This document shows, piece by piece, positions 38,295-50,620 of a stretch of DNA of 50,620 nucleotides. The position numbers and the translations under genes are program-made. The notes beneath the pieces are model-generated. The model saw nothing but the letters and a program-made list of their open reading frames with translations, was not told where the DNA came from and ran no database searches. The stretch comes from Tortispora ganteri (lineage: Eukaryota): NCBI GenBank assembly GCA_003707115.1, contig PPNB01000040.1:1-50620 (forward strand), read 5' to 3'. How positions within the stretch are numbered: position 1 is the first letter of the stretch; every line of letters starts with the position of its first letter.

Positions 38295-40340
38295 ATGAAT
38301 ACAAAAGAGGACAGTACGTCCTTTTTAGCCTCAAAATTACGAGATCTTGATTCAAAGCTTGCTGGATTATATGACGAGCTCGGAATATCAGAGGAGGAAC
38401 GTGCAGAAAGAGGGAAACAGATTTATGAAGTCATCAGTAAAGCTATTGACGATCATGTGAATTCAGTACAAGCAGAATGCGATCAATTAAAAGATCAGTC
38501 AAGCGATCTCAAGACCTCTTTAACTCGGATGATAGAAGTTCTTGGAGATTATAGACATCCAAAGCTGTCTGCCGAACAACTCAATGAAATACAAATTATA
38601 CCACCTTTGATCCCGCTTTATAGCATGCTTCAACACCTAGACGATCAGATTACTAAAGTGTACAACAGCAGACATAGCAAACTACGAAAACTTGTTGAAC
38701 AAATATCACCTATGATATCTGATCCTGAAGGTCTAGAGCTCCCCGACAAATTATTATCTATAATAAATACTGCTCAGACACCTAACAGTCTTTCTAATTC
38801 CACTATCAGCTTTCTCGATTCTGAGGCCGCCCGAATACATGAAATAAATCGGGAAAGACTAATGACAGCATACGAAGTTGCAAAAGATGTAGCCGAAGTC
38901 TATAGAGCTCTAGAGATCCCAGAGGCTGAATGGGATCCTAAAGTTCTGCAATTGATAACCGATCTGCAATCTGTTTCTTCAATGTCATTACCAGACATAC
39001 GATATCTTCAGGAAATTTTCATTACTAGTGCAAAGACTTTGAAAGAACGAAGAGATTATCTCAATAGTCTCATAAATAAAGTCTCATATTTGTGGGATCG
39101 TCTTGGAGAAGACCCTACGAGAGTTGAGCAATTCAAAGCTAACCATAATGAACTTTCACGCCTAAATATATCCGCATATGAGTCTGAACTACATATACAA
39201 CTTGAGAATAAGCGGAAACATATGGCTGTATTTATTTCTGATGCGCGCAAACAACTTACTGATCTATGCCACACTCTTTATTACTCACCTGAAGAAACTA
39301 TTGCCTTCGTCAACTCTTCTTCTGATGATCAATCAGAAGAAACGCTAAACCAACTAGAATCAGATATCGCTTCGCTAAAAGAACGCTGCGCTAAGTTTGC
39401 ACCTTTATTAAACGCAGTGAAAGCGTATTTTGAGTTACGTACAGACAAAGAAGAACTCGAACGATCTGAGAAGGATCCTGATCGTCTCAAAAGCCGAAAC
39501 ACATCCAAAATACTTCTAAGAGAGGAAAAGATTCGAAAGAAACTACGGAATCAGAAGCCCCTTGTATTGAAATCTTTAACAACCGCTGCAAACCAGTTTC
39601 ATCTTCAGTATTCTGAACATTTTAAAGTTAACGGCAAACCTATCTTAGATGTTATCGAAGAGGATCAAAAGGCTGAAAAGGAAGCAGCAGCGATGGCTAA
39701 AGCGGCTAGATCAAGACCCACAGCAGCAAAGTCACTAACATCAGCACCAGCAAGTAAAAACTCAATACGTCCTTCGTCATCATCTACATCAGCGTCAACA
39801 AATAGTTCAAGGAAACCAGTTGTGGCTCGTCCTAGAAATGAACGCTCTGCAGGGCTAACCAGATCAAGAATCACGAGATTGGCAGCATCACGGTCAGCTG
39901 CTAGTGCAGGTGCTAATACACCATCGTCTGTTGCAAGTGCTGCTAGCGGTAAAGTCTTAAAATTCTCTCCAACAAAAAGACGCCCCGTTAGACGAGTTGC
40001 AATTCCCTTGGAACAACATATTATTGCATCACCGTCTAAGAATAAAGCCGAGAGCCGGTTACCCAGACAAGGACCGACTTCCCCGAGAAAAGCTAATATT
40101 GCTGCGCCTGTACTACAGGAACGGACAATTCCTACGCGGGCTCCTTTAATGGATTTAGAGACCACAAATACTATAGCTGTGGCTGCTGCTGATTCCTTTA
40201 AAGGGTCCCCTGTAGCCAAAAAATCGATGAATTGGTTACCATACGAGGACGTGAGCAGTGGCGACGAAGATGAGCAGATTGAGAAGCAGTATGAGTTGTG
40301 GAGGAAGCAGGCGCTGGAAAGGATGCAAACGACAGGATGA
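38295..40340 (+). CDS. ASE1: Spindle midzone microtubule bundler (Ase1/PRC1/MAP65 family)
   Basis: Coiled-coil N-half, LERSEKDPDRLKSR..KILLREEKIRK, FKVNGKPILD, and a basic S/P-rich tail with SP sites. Confidence 0.9.
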   Translation: MNTKEDSTSFLASKLRDLDSKLAGLYDELGISEEERAERGKQIYEVISKAIDDHVNSVQAECDQLKDQSSDLKTSLTRMIEVLGDYRHPKLSAEQLNEIQIIPPLIPLYSMLQHLDDQITKVYNSRHSKLRKLVEQISPMISDPEGLELPDKLLSIINTAQTPNSLSNSTISFLDSEAARIHEINRERLMTAYEVAKDVAEVYRALEIPEAEWDPKVLQLITDLQSVSSMSLPDIRYLQEIFITSAKTLKERRDYLNSLINKVSYLWDRLGEDPTRVEQFKANHNELSRLNISAYESELHIQLENKRKHMAVFISDARKQLTDLCHTLYYSPEETIAFVNSSSDDQSEETLNQLESDIASLKERCAKFAPLLNAVKAYFELRTDKEELERSEKDPDRLKSRNTSKILLREEKIRKKLRNQKPLVLKSLTTAANQFHLQYSEHFKVNGKPILDVIEEDQKAEKEAAAMAKAARSRPTAAKSLTSAPASKNSIRPSSSSTSASTNSSRKPVVARPRNERSAGLTRSRITRLAASRSAASAGANTPSSVASAASGKVLKFSPTKRRPVRRVAIPLEQHIIASPSKNKAESRLPRQGPTSPRKANIAAPVLQERTIPTRAPLMDLETTNTIAVAAADSFKGSPVAKKSMNWLPYEDVSSGDEDEQIEKQYELWRKQALERMQTTG

Positions 40341-40420
40341 TTAAAGGACGTGTGTTATGAGATATGTGAGAAAGGTCATTAATGTATCAAATGCCATTGT
40401 TGTATATTAGATATAGTATA

Positions 40421-43156
40421 TTACATTGCATAGTCATTTTCTGGGACAAGGTGCTTGGATGTCCAGCATTCAAGTACCCATGCTGATGAAACAATATAGG
40501 TAAATCCACTTACTTCGTGCTTTGCAGTATTCAGTAGAGAACTGGGTTGACATGTTGACTGGACTATTACGTGCGTTGTTTCTCTTGAAATCGAGTCAAG
40601 CAACTGGCCACCACCATACCGCACAAAGTTTTCTGTCACAGTGTCCTCTTGCAAGAAGAACATTTTTGTATTGTCGAAAATATGACTGTATAGGCGTTCA
40701 TCTGATTGGTTGAGGTATGCCTTGATTTCGTCGATCTCTTCAGAAACTTCAACGGTATCCTGTAGATATGGTACAATTTGCATGAGGTCACTAGTCGATA
40801 TATGTCTCGTGTAACTGTCTCCGTATTTGTCGACCCGGTTCCTAGCTTGACTCATAGTATCATCCTTTGCTATCAGCAAATCTGATGGCTCAAGTGGAAG
40901 TATGAAGCCTGATTTAATACATAAACTGATCCATTGTGGACGTATAATGGAGCAGTTTTCTTTCTGCAGAGAAGATACAGCAATAGATACACGATCTGCA
41001 ATCACATAAGGGTTCCTGCTGCTGTCAAATGACTGGATCACAGACCCCCCATTTGTTTTTACAACATCTTCTATTTCTGCTTTAGTTAGCTTAGGATTTC
41101 GAGTGCTTCCTGTGAGAATAAGAAAGGTGCAATTTGAAAATAGAGTGCCGAGTCGCTCTACCCGTCTTTGCTTGCTAGCGCCAGAATAAATTTCAATTCT
41201 GGATCTGACGCGTTTGCGCTTCAATTCCGGTTTCTTAGAAAGTGACAGCTCTTTCGTTTCCTTCTGTGAAGAGAGTCGAATCTCATTGAATTCAGTGATA
41301 GTGAGACCGTCAGAAGGGTTTTTATCGTCTCTGATCCTTGCTACTCGCGGGAACCTTAATGAGTAGCCTGCAGCGTATTCTGATTCGATGATTTCGCTAC
41401 CTTTAATTTCAATAACAAACGAGTCTTCAGGGTTTATCCAGACGTCTGATTTGTCATTTACAGAAGATTTGGTTGATGTTTGAATGTACCGAAGTCTTTC
41501 AGTGTCAGACCATGGACGCCATTTACCGCGAGTCATCTGATCGATCTTTCGATAATCTTCTGCCGAAAATCCTCCACCGACACGGCAGAATGTCATGTAA
41601 ATTGAATTGGGGTCGCTGTCGCTGCGGATACCGCATAGATAGCTAGCAAGGATATTTCCTCTTTTTCCAGACCCGTAGAATGCGCCTATAACTGTACAAT
41701 CGAGTTTCTCAATCAGTTCATCCATGTAATCAGGTTTGACTTTAATCCAAGCAATGTTGCGTAGGTTCAAGGTGTATTTAGATCTAGGGTTCTTTAAAAC
41801 AAGGCCTTCACTGGAGTTAGCTATAACTTTGCGTAAACTTGACTCGACTTCGTGCACAGTGTGAGCGGTTTCGTATGAGATACACTGAAATCTAGTCAGA
41901 ATCGGGTTGATAATTTTGTTTAGTGCCTCTTTGCGCTTTGACAGCGGGTACTCCAGAAGTACGCTGTCGTTGAGGTACAGGATATCGAATATGACATACA
42001 TAGGATGCGGGCCATCTTTGTTGTTTGCAGCAGATTTTGCGGCATTTTTTAAAGTACCAAAGGGTAAAATTGCCTGAAAAGACGGGTCCCAGGCGACCAT
42101 TTCGCCGTCTAAGATGCAGTTTCGCACTTTCGGGGAGAATGCAGATTTCAAATACCTTGTTATTGAGCCGGACTGGTCTTGGATTGACGACCCATACAAA
42201 TGGGTATAGTCTTTTGCGTTACGGCTAAAAAACCGTATTTGAGTGCCGTTATGGCCATAATGCATTTGTATACGTTCACCATCAAGTTTCTCTTCGATAT
42301 AGAAATCGGCGCTGCCCATTTTCTGAACGGCTGTTTCAATTGATTTTTTCGGGAACGCCGCTAGATGTGGTCTAAAACACGAAAACAAATGCAATGCGCT
42401 ACTAGAACCAGTAAAAGTCGGGTCTGCGAGTTCCCAGCATACACGCTTTAAATTGGAGGTAGCATTGTAGAGCTTGATTGCTTGTTGACCGCCAAACACT
42501 GAAAGCAACGTGTGTTCAGAGACGCCAATATGGAGGTCTCTAAGGATAAGTCGCAGTATCCATTTAAATTCCTCTAAGTTGACTGTTCTGTATATATTTC
42601 TAAGCCATTCCACTTGATCAGCGGATTTTGTGTATGTTGAGAGTTGGTCGAGTAAAGTGTTGATTTCGTCAATAGTATATTCGGAAGGTTCCTGTCTGCT
42701 AGGCCGTTTTCGAGCAATATCGTATATACGCTGTGCAAGGTCACCTGAAGAATAATTGTGATGATTTGGTTGTTTCCATGCACGTAGATCCTTTGCATCA
42801 TTAGAATTCGGTGGTAAATTCAACGTTTTCTCCATTAATTTCGCAAGAGTTTTCTCTTTGATATGGTACATTGATCTTTCCTTGTCACGACTCGGTATAA
42901 CTAAACGAAGTAAAGGAAAAAGGTCAATTCCGACTTTTGCACGCCAATCATCTATAAACATTTTAAGTACTTGTCTACGTAATTCACGCGACGCTCTTTT
43001 ACGGCCGCCATTAGCTGTGATTGTCGACGACAGCCGTACGTAGAGTCGTTCTACGATGTATGCAAATTTGAATGTTGTTCCTTTATTTAAAGGCTGTGTA
43101 CCTTCCCATTTTACTGTCTCAGCAATATCTTCCTGGTCTAATTCGTCAGAATCCAT
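40421..43156 (-). CDS. DNL4: DNA ligase IV (NHEJ)
   Basis: EEKLDGERIQMH adenylation motif, ILDGEM, EGLVLK, WIKVKPDY, SLRFPR and tandem C-terminal BRCT-like domains. Confidence 0.95.
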   Translation of the reverse strand: MDSDELDQEDIAETVKWEGTQPLNKGTTFKFAYIVERLYVRLSSTITANGGRKRASRELRRQVLKMFIDDWRAKVGIDLFPLLRLVIPSRDKERSMYHIKEKTLAKLMEKTLNLPPNSNDAKDLRAWKQPNHHNYSSGDLAQRIYDIARKRPSRQEPSEYTIDEINTLLDQLSTYTKSADQVEWLRNIYRTVNLEEFKWILRLILRDLHIGVSEHTLLSVFGGQQAIKLYNATSNLKRVCWELADPTFTGSSSALHLFSCFRPHLAAFPKKSIETAVQKMGSADFYIEEKLDGERIQMHYGHNGTQIRFFSRNAKDYTHLYGSSIQDQSGSITRYLKSAFSPKVRNCILDGEMVAWDPSFQAILPFGTLKNAAKSAANNKDGPHPMYVIFDILYLNDSVLLEYPLSKRKEALNKIINPILTRFQCISYETAHTVHEVESSLRKVIANSSEGLVLKNPRSKYTLNLRNIAWIKVKPDYMDELIEKLDCTVIGAFYGSGKRGNILASYLCGIRSDSDPNSIYMTFCRVGGGFSAEDYRKIDQMTRGKWRPWSDTERLRYIQTSTKSSVNDKSDVWINPEDSFVIEIKGSEIIESEYAAGYSLRFPRVARIRDDKNPSDGLTITEFNEIRLSSQKETKELSLSKKPELKRKRVRSRIEIYSGASKQRRVERLGTLFSNCTFLILTGSTRNPKLTKAEIEDVVKTNGGSVIQSFDSSRNPYVIADRVSIAVSSLQKENCSIIRPQWISLCIKSGFILPLEPSDLLIAKDDTMSQARNRVDKYGDSYTRHISTSDLMQIVPYLQDTVEVSEEIDEIKAYLNQSDERLYSHIFDNTKMFFLQEDTVTENFVRYGGGQLLDSISRETTHVIVQSTCQPSSLLNTAKHEVSGFTYIVSSAWVLECWTSKHLVPENDYAM

Positions 43157-43192
43157 TGATCCATTTAGCACAGTTTAGGTGTAGTTTCTTAG

Positions 43193-45192
<2,000 letters not shown>

Positions 45193-45225
45193 CTACACAA
45201 ATGTAAGAGTACATAGGAGATATTA

Positions 45226-46779
45226 TCACAATTTACTGCGTCTAAATGGTGGAGGGTTCAGTCCCTCATAAACAATACTTGTCAGATGGTCTAAAGGCAC
45301 ATTCGAATGCTGGTCAACAGATCTGACGTCAACCATTGATCTATCCAAGTCATCGATCTTATTAGCACCGATCAGTCTCATATTCATTTCGAGCTCATCA
45401 CGCAGAAGATTCATAGCATGGTTTACACCATCAACACCATAGCATGACATCGCATACAAAAATGGCCGGCCAATACCCACACCTTTGGCGCCTAGGCAGA
45501 GCGCCTTTATGACATCAGTTCCTCGACGAATACCACCATCAATGTAAACCTCAATGCGGTTTCTCAAATTATTCTTGTCAAGAACCTCCATGGTCTCAGC
45601 GAGCACCTCAATAGCCGGGCGCGCAAATTCTAGCTGTCGTCCACCATGATTAGACAATATAACGCCATCTAGGCCGTACTTAATAGCCAGCAATACGTCC
45701 TCTACTCGTTGAACACCTTTCAAGACAAGCTTCATGGGCTTACCATTATCCTTGATTACCTTCTGGAACCAGGGAATGTCTTTCCAGGAAAGCGCAGGAT
45801 CGATGAACGTAGAGATGGCTCTGGCACTACCTTGAGAGTGGTCTACCTCGGCTCCTTTCTGCACGGTCGCGCCCGTATCGTCGTCATCTGTCTCGGGAGG
45901 CACATACTTTGATCGCATATCTTTCTCGCGGCGGCCAAGTTGTGGCGCGTCGACAGTGATGCAGAGCACCTTGACGCCCCGATTGGCAGCATGGCATACA
46001 ATTTTGCGGGTCACTTCGCGATCAGAATTCACGTACAGCTGGAACCACTGCGTCTGACCGGGCTGCGCAGCATCGACGATCTCGTCAAAGGAGCATGAGG
46101 CAAGCGTCGGGATCATTTGGATAACGCCATTAGTGTGGGAAGCCTTTGTGAGGTTGACTTCGCCCTCAGGGTGCCCAAGCTTGCCGAGTGCGGTGGCAGT
46201 GACATAAAACGGCATTTGAACTTTGGTGCCAAACATGGACGTAGACAAGTCAATTTTAGCGACATCGATCAAAATACGCGGCCTGAACCACACGCGGTGG
46301 AAAGCCGCATGGTTCTCGCGCAGGGTGATCTCATCGTCGGCGCCAGAAGAGTAGTAGGCCCACGCAGCGTTTTTCATGATCTTGCTAGCAATATGCTCAA
46401 AATCAAACAAGTTATAGCATTCTTCCAGACGGGGAATAGCCTTCAGGTTCGCCTGTCGTTCGAGCTCTTCGGGCGAAACGTTCGCAGCTGCTTCCGCGGC
46501 GGCGTCAGCCGCCGCCTGTCGATCACTCGCCGACACCGACGACTCATCAAACTCACCAAGATGGAACTTCGGCGCCAAATACTTGTCAAGCGTATCTGGT
46601 GGATGAATAGGATCAAACTCCTCCGTTGCGTCTTTGCCAGAATACTTCAATATAATCTTTTGGCCGCCCGGATGTTCAGGAAGGAATTCAGTGACGTCGT
46701 AGACTTTGCCATGAATCTTGACCCAACATGACTCTTTCGAGTTGTGCTTCTTCAGCTCGTCATTCGTGATTTTGCCCAT
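45226..46779 (-). CDS. CYB2: Flavocytochrome b2 / L-lactate dehydrogenase (cytochrome), with PTS1
   Basis: Cytochrome b5 domain (HPGG) fused to an FMN 2-hydroxyacid oxidase domain ([29 protein letters not shown]). Ends in SKL. Confidence 0.93.
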   Translation of the reverse strand: MGKITNDELKKHNSKESCWVKIHGKVYDVTEFLPEHPGGQKIILKYSGKDATEEFDPIHPPDTLDKYLAPKFHLGEFDESSVSASDRQAAADAAAEAAANVSPEELERQANLKAIPRLEECYNLFDFEHIASKIMKNAAWAYYSSGADDEITLRENHAAFHRVWFRPRILIDVAKIDLSTSMFGTKVQMPFYVTATALGKLGHPEGEVNLTKASHTNGVIQMIPTLASCSFDEIVDAAQPGQTQWFQLYVNSDREVTRKIVCHAANRGVKVLCITVDAPQLGRREKDMRSKYVPPETDDDDTGATVQKGAEVDHSQGSARAISTFIDPALSWKDIPWFQKVIKDNGKPMKLVLKGVQRVEDVLLAIKYGLDGVILSNHGGRQLEFARPAIEVLAETMEVLDKNNLRNRIEVYIDGGIRRGTDVIKALCLGAKGVGIGRPFLYAMSCYGVDGVNHAMNLLRDELEMNMRLIGANKIDDLDRSMVDVRSVDQHSNVPLDHLTSIVYEGLNPPPFRRSKL

Positions 46780-46894
46780 ATCTGCTTAGAATAAGGGAAA
46801 TGTTTAGGTAAAAGTGGGTTTATAAAGCAGAATTGTGTGCGTCTTGATTAGGTATCTTATTCGCTTTGTATGGCGCTCTATTCAAGGGGCTGGG

Positions 46895-46962
46895 CCAATC
46901 ACAGAGATGTAATACCAATATCTGCCCTCTACCCCACACTGGGACTATAACTTTGACCCCAC
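46895..46962. promoter_or_regulatory. CCAAT box and two Mig1/CreA-type GC boxes in the CYB2-UGA2 divergent promoter
   Basis: CCAATCACAGA at 46895-46905, and CCCCAC (GTGGGG on the - strand) at 46932-46937 and 46957-46962. Confidence 0.45.
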
Positions 46963-47396
46963 GCTTTCCAAGTTTAGCGGGTCCCTCCACCGGGCCGGGT
47001 AACTTCTATTTTCCAGTCTTCTGCAGGATAGAATAAGGTGTCATTAGACCCTTTTGCTTTCAGCCGGACATCGCCTGGCTTTCTAAATTTTCAGATGCCG
47101 GAAAAAAGAAATAACGCAGCAGATAGTTTTTGGGCAAAATTAAACTCCGCAAGCTTCTAGACGCGCACAGTCTCGGGATCCATGCAGTTGTGCCGCGGTT
47201 ACCCAGATGCTGCGAAGGTTTACTATAGCGTCTACTCCACCAATCACAATATCTCATCGGATCGAAATCGCTAGATTCGGAAGTCATTCACGCCCAAATA
47301 GTCATATATAGCGGAGATCGATATCCATAGTGCCCCTCTTCTGGTTTAAGGTCGTTTCTCAATATATATAGTGTGCATTTCTTGACTGCTAGGAGA

Positions 47397-48926
47397 ATGC
47401 TTTCTTCTTTGAGAGTCAATTTAGTACAGAAAGTGAGAATGTCTACCGCCGTTACCGCCGTAAAGAACTTGCCCCCCTGGCTGTTTCATCAGAAAGCCTA
47501 TATTAATGGCGAGTGGACCAACGGCCGAGCCAAAACTACTTTTGATGTACGCGATCCTGCCACTGAAGAGCTTCTCGGAACTTGTCCTGAAATGTCAACT
47601 GAAGACGTTGACGACGCCGTCGCTGTCGCCCTCAAGGCATTTGACTCTTACAAGACGATTGGCCCCAGAGATCGATCCAGAATGCTCCGCAAACTGTATG
47701 ATCTGATGATGGAGAACCAGAAAGACCTCGCTGTTTTGATTTCTGCAGAGAACGGTAAAGCATTGGCTGACGCTATGGGCGAAGTCGCATACGCAGCCTC
47801 CTTTTTCGAATGGTTCGCAGAAGAAGCTGTCAGAGTCGGCGGCGACTATTTCGTCCCCACTAATCCCAAGAACCGCATCCTCGTCACAAAACAGCCAGTA
47901 GGTGTTGTAGGCATCCTGACGCCATGGAATTTCCCTTCTGCAATGATTACCCGCAAAATGGGCGCCGCACTCGCCGCAGGCTGCACAGTGGTGATCAAGC
48001 CCGGATCTGAGACCCCCTTCTCTGCGCTCGCTATCGCTGCTATCGCCGAGAAGGCCGGCTTTGCTAAGGGCGTTGTCAATGTCGTTACGACCCAAAAAAA
48101 TGTTAGAGCTGTCGGAAAACACTTCTGTGAACATCCGGATATCAAGAAGATTTCGTTCACCGGCTCTACAGGTGTCGGTAAAGTACTCATGTCTCAATCT
48201 GCTTCTACTTTGAAAAAGCTGTCTTTCGAGCTCGGTGGCAACGCTCCGTTCATAGTGTTTGAAGATGCGAACCTTGAGGACGCTGTCGACGGAGCTATTA
48301 CTTGCAAATTCAGGGGAACTGGCCAAACCTGTGTCTGCGCCAACCGCATTTTCGTTCACAAGTCGTTGGCTGACAAGTTCAGCGCTATGCTCGTTGAAAA
48401 AGTCTCTAAAAACTTCAAAATTGGACCAGGACTTGAGTCTTCAACCACTCACGGTCCGCTCATTAATTCACGCGCTGTAGAGAAGATTGCACACCAGGTA
48501 GAAGACGCTACTTCCAAGGGCGGAAAATTGCTGCACGGTGGCAAATCCCGACCCGACATCGGCCCTAACTTCTTTGATCTTACAGTCATCTCAGACATGA
48601 CTACAGACATGGAAATTGCTACCGAAGAGACTTTTGGACCCATCGCTCCTATATTCACATTCGAGACTGAGGAAGAAGTGCTCAAAATCGCTAACAGTGT
48701 CGATGTAGGTCTTGCTGGCTACTTCTACACTAGTGACATCAACAGAGCTCTGCGTGTAGCTGAGAAGCTCGAAGTCGGAATGATTGGAATCAACTCACCT
48801 CTTATCTCAGACCCCATGAACCCGTTCGGTGGTATTAAGGAGTCAGGATTCGGCCGTGAAGGTTCCAAGTACGGTATTGAAGACTATTTGCAAGTCAAGA
48901 GCGTTGTTCTCGCGAATGTTATGTGA
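47397..48926 (+). CDS. UGA2: Succinate-semialdehyde dehydrogenase (ALDH5/GabD-type)
   Basis: TPWNFPSAMITRK, SFTGSTGVGK, FELGGNAPF, KFRGTGQTCVC, EETFGP and GFGREGSKYG. In-frame ATGs at 47397 and 47439. Confidence 0.93.
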   Translation: MLSSLRVNLVQKVRMSTAVTAVKNLPPWLFHQKAYINGEWTNGRAKTTFDVRDPATEELLGTCPEMSTEDVDDAVAVALKAFDSYKTIGPRDRSRMLRKLYDLMMENQKDLAVLISAENGKALADAMGEVAYAASFFEWFAEEAVRVGGDYFVPTNPKNRILVTKQPVGVVGILTPWNFPSAMITRKMGAALAAGCTVVIKPGSETPFSALAIAAIAEKAGFAKGVVNVVTTQKNVRAVGKHFCEHPDIKKISFTGSTGVGKVLMSQSASTLKKLSFELGGNAPFIVFEDANLEDAVDGAITCKFRGTGQTCVCANRIFVHKSLADKFSAMLVEKVSKNFKIGPGLESSTTHGPLINSRAVEKIAHQVEDATSKGGKLLHGGKSRPDIGPNFFDLTVISDMTTDMEIATEETFGPIAPIFTFETEEEVLKIANSVDVGLAGYFYTSDINRALRVAEKLEVGMIGINSPLISDPMNPFGGIKESGFGREGSKYGIEDYLQVKSVVLANVM

Positions 48927-49406
48927 TTAGATAGTTCAATTAGAGCAAAAACAATATCATTACATTATATTATAGCACGTATCACCGAAGAAAACTCTTT
49001 GAATGGAAGCGTGTATCAGAGATCACATCCTTCGTACTGAAACAATCTAGTCGAGATTACAAACTTTTAGTATGATGTCGAGCTTTCACCAAAGCTTGTC
49101 CATCTGAAAGGAACATTGCGCTGAATGCAGGAGAACTAAACGGCAACTGACAGTGTAGTAGAGCGGATATGTCAGAAGAGAGACCATCATTACTACTTAT
49201 AGAAATCGAACTAGACGAGTTAGAATAAGATGAGTTGATAATATGACATAGTAAAGGACGCGAAACACAATGTACCAGAAATTTAGCTCGTGCTTGCTGA
49301 AGAAAGAGAAGCAGAACTAAGGACAGTTCCTTCTGAAGACCCGATGATGAGGATGAGCATTCATAGGAGAAATCGTTAACAGTAGCTCGGCTAGTCGGAA
49401 ACACAC

Positions 49407-50067
49407 TTAAATGGTAGGAAAAGGATAGAGTGAATCAATGCTTTTGGCACCTTTGACATTGATAGTTGTCGGAAAATTCAGTCTAAAAGAACTCTCTAGA
49501 CCGGATGTAGTTGCTCTACTAAGAAAAACAAAACGAAAGGGATACCAAAAACTCTGCAGGACAACATCAGGCTTGAAACTAGCTAGGAAAACAATTGTTT
49601 CCCCGGGGTTAATTAATAGGGGTGCAAGATTGGTGGAATCAGCAATGTCATAATCCCCTATCTCACTGATATTAGTGCACTTCATAGCTGAATCTCCTAA
49701 AAAGCCAAACATATCCGTATGATAATAACCCGGCAGCAAGCCCTCATTAAAAATGCCAGACATAACGGAGAGACTATTTACTGATTGATCCGGACGAATA
49801 TATGCTAGAAGTTCGTATAAACTCCACTCAGTCTGTACGACGCGATATTCAGACTCAAATCCGTCATTCAATATATTTATTGATTTTTCACTTCGAGATT
49901 CCAGTCTATACATGCCGGCTGCGATGTATTCAGGATCCCAATCTTCAGGAATTGTAGTGTACTCGGCAAAATACGCTTCATTAGATGGGTAATCAACAGA
50001 GCAGCAAGCTAAATCAGGCACTTGTATAGGACATTCAGAAGAAGAGGAGGAAAAGGAGGAAGAAGAA

Positions 50068-50120
<53 letters not shown>

Positions 50121-50121
50121 G

Positions 50122-50158
<37 letters not shown>

Positions 50159-50620
50159 GAGAAGAAGAGGGAGAAGAAGAGGAAGAAGGAGAAGGAGAAG
50201 GAGAAGGAGAAGGAGAAGGAGAAGGAGAAGGAGAAGGAGAAGGAGAAGGAGAAGGAGAAGGAGAAGGAGAAGGAGAAGGAGAAGGAGAAGGAGAAGGAGA
50301 AGGAGAAGGAGAAGGAGAAGGAGAAGGAGACGGAGAAGAAGAGGGAGAAGAAGAGGGAGAAGAAGAAGGAGACGGAGACGGAGAAGGAGAAGAAGAGGAA
50401 GAGGAAGAGGAAGAGGAAGAGGAAGAGGAAGAGGAAGAGGAAGAGGAAGAGGAAGAGGAAGAGGAAGAAATAAGTGAAAGTGTAGAATACTTCACATTAT
50501 CGGATATGCTTGACAGTGGAAGCACAGAAACTGTCGAATAGTTCGAGAAAAACAATGAGATAGGCGATGGAGACTCAGAGGACGCGTCAGCGGTTTCTGA
50601 AGAGAATTCTGGTAGCAGAG
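49407..50620 (-). CDS. Partial (5' end outside window) Ser/Pro-rich cell-surface adhesin-like protein with a PA14/GLEYA-like domain
   Basis: Frame is open to the window edge. A poly-S/(SP)n stalk precedes a Cys-containing domain with YELLAYIRP, FLGDSAMKC and WYPFRFVF, recalling flocculin-type PA14 strands. Confidence 0.65.
50038..50469. repeat. Compound microsatellite (GAA/GAG)n-(GAAGGA)n-(GAAGAG)n encoding poly-Ser and (Ser-Pro)n
   Basis: About 430 nt nearly pure purine on the + strand, with more than 20 consecutive GAAGGA units. Confidence 0.97.

Noticed and set aside
20404..43156. Apparent DNA-repair cluster (PMS1, UNG1, MMS2, DNL4)
   Set aside because: Different pathways interspersed with unrelated genes, compatible with chance.
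47595..48359. Long antisense ORFs opposite UGA2 (and similarly CYB2 and LYS12)
   Set aside because: Expected by-product of codon bias in highly expressed genes, with no protein-like motifs.
50022..50477. Poly-Arg/Gly ORF on the + strand
   Set aside because: Antisense reading of the Ser/Pro microsatellite, with no ATG start.

Overview
Gene-dense, almost intron-free nuclear DNA from an ascomycete yeast, probably an early-diverging Saccharomycotina lineage (inferred). It encodes a respiratory complex I subunit, reads CTG as Leu at conserved sites such as UGA2 KKLSFELGG, and has one clear 58-nt intron, in MMS2. About 30 protein-coding genes are present, mostly housekeeping: PUS4, a TFIIIC subunit, RRP5, RRI1/CSN5, MSE1, a class A DnaJ, PCD1, ACB1, NDUFA5, PWP1, MIL1/DUF726, PMS1, SPO71, SWI6/Cdc10, PSD1, UNG1, an SLC35F transporter, an RRG1-like LYR protein, MMS2, HMX1, ASE1, DNL4, LYS12, DUF1769, CYB2, UGA2 and a partial Ser/Pro-rich adhesin-like gene. 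No tRNA, rRNA, transposon or CRISPR array was recognised. Main leads: (1) a tandem pair of orphan secreted proteins with shared promoter motifs, one carrying a dibasic-flanked cationic amphipathic peptide; (2) a roughly 140-nt multibranched candidate RNA structure behind SWI6; (3) a presequence-less flavocytochrome b2 ending in SKL; (4) a PA14/GLEYA-like adhesin with an (SP)n stalk and an apparent frameshifted tail; (5) convergent genes whose stop codons abut or overlap. All assignments come from recalled motifs; no database search was run.
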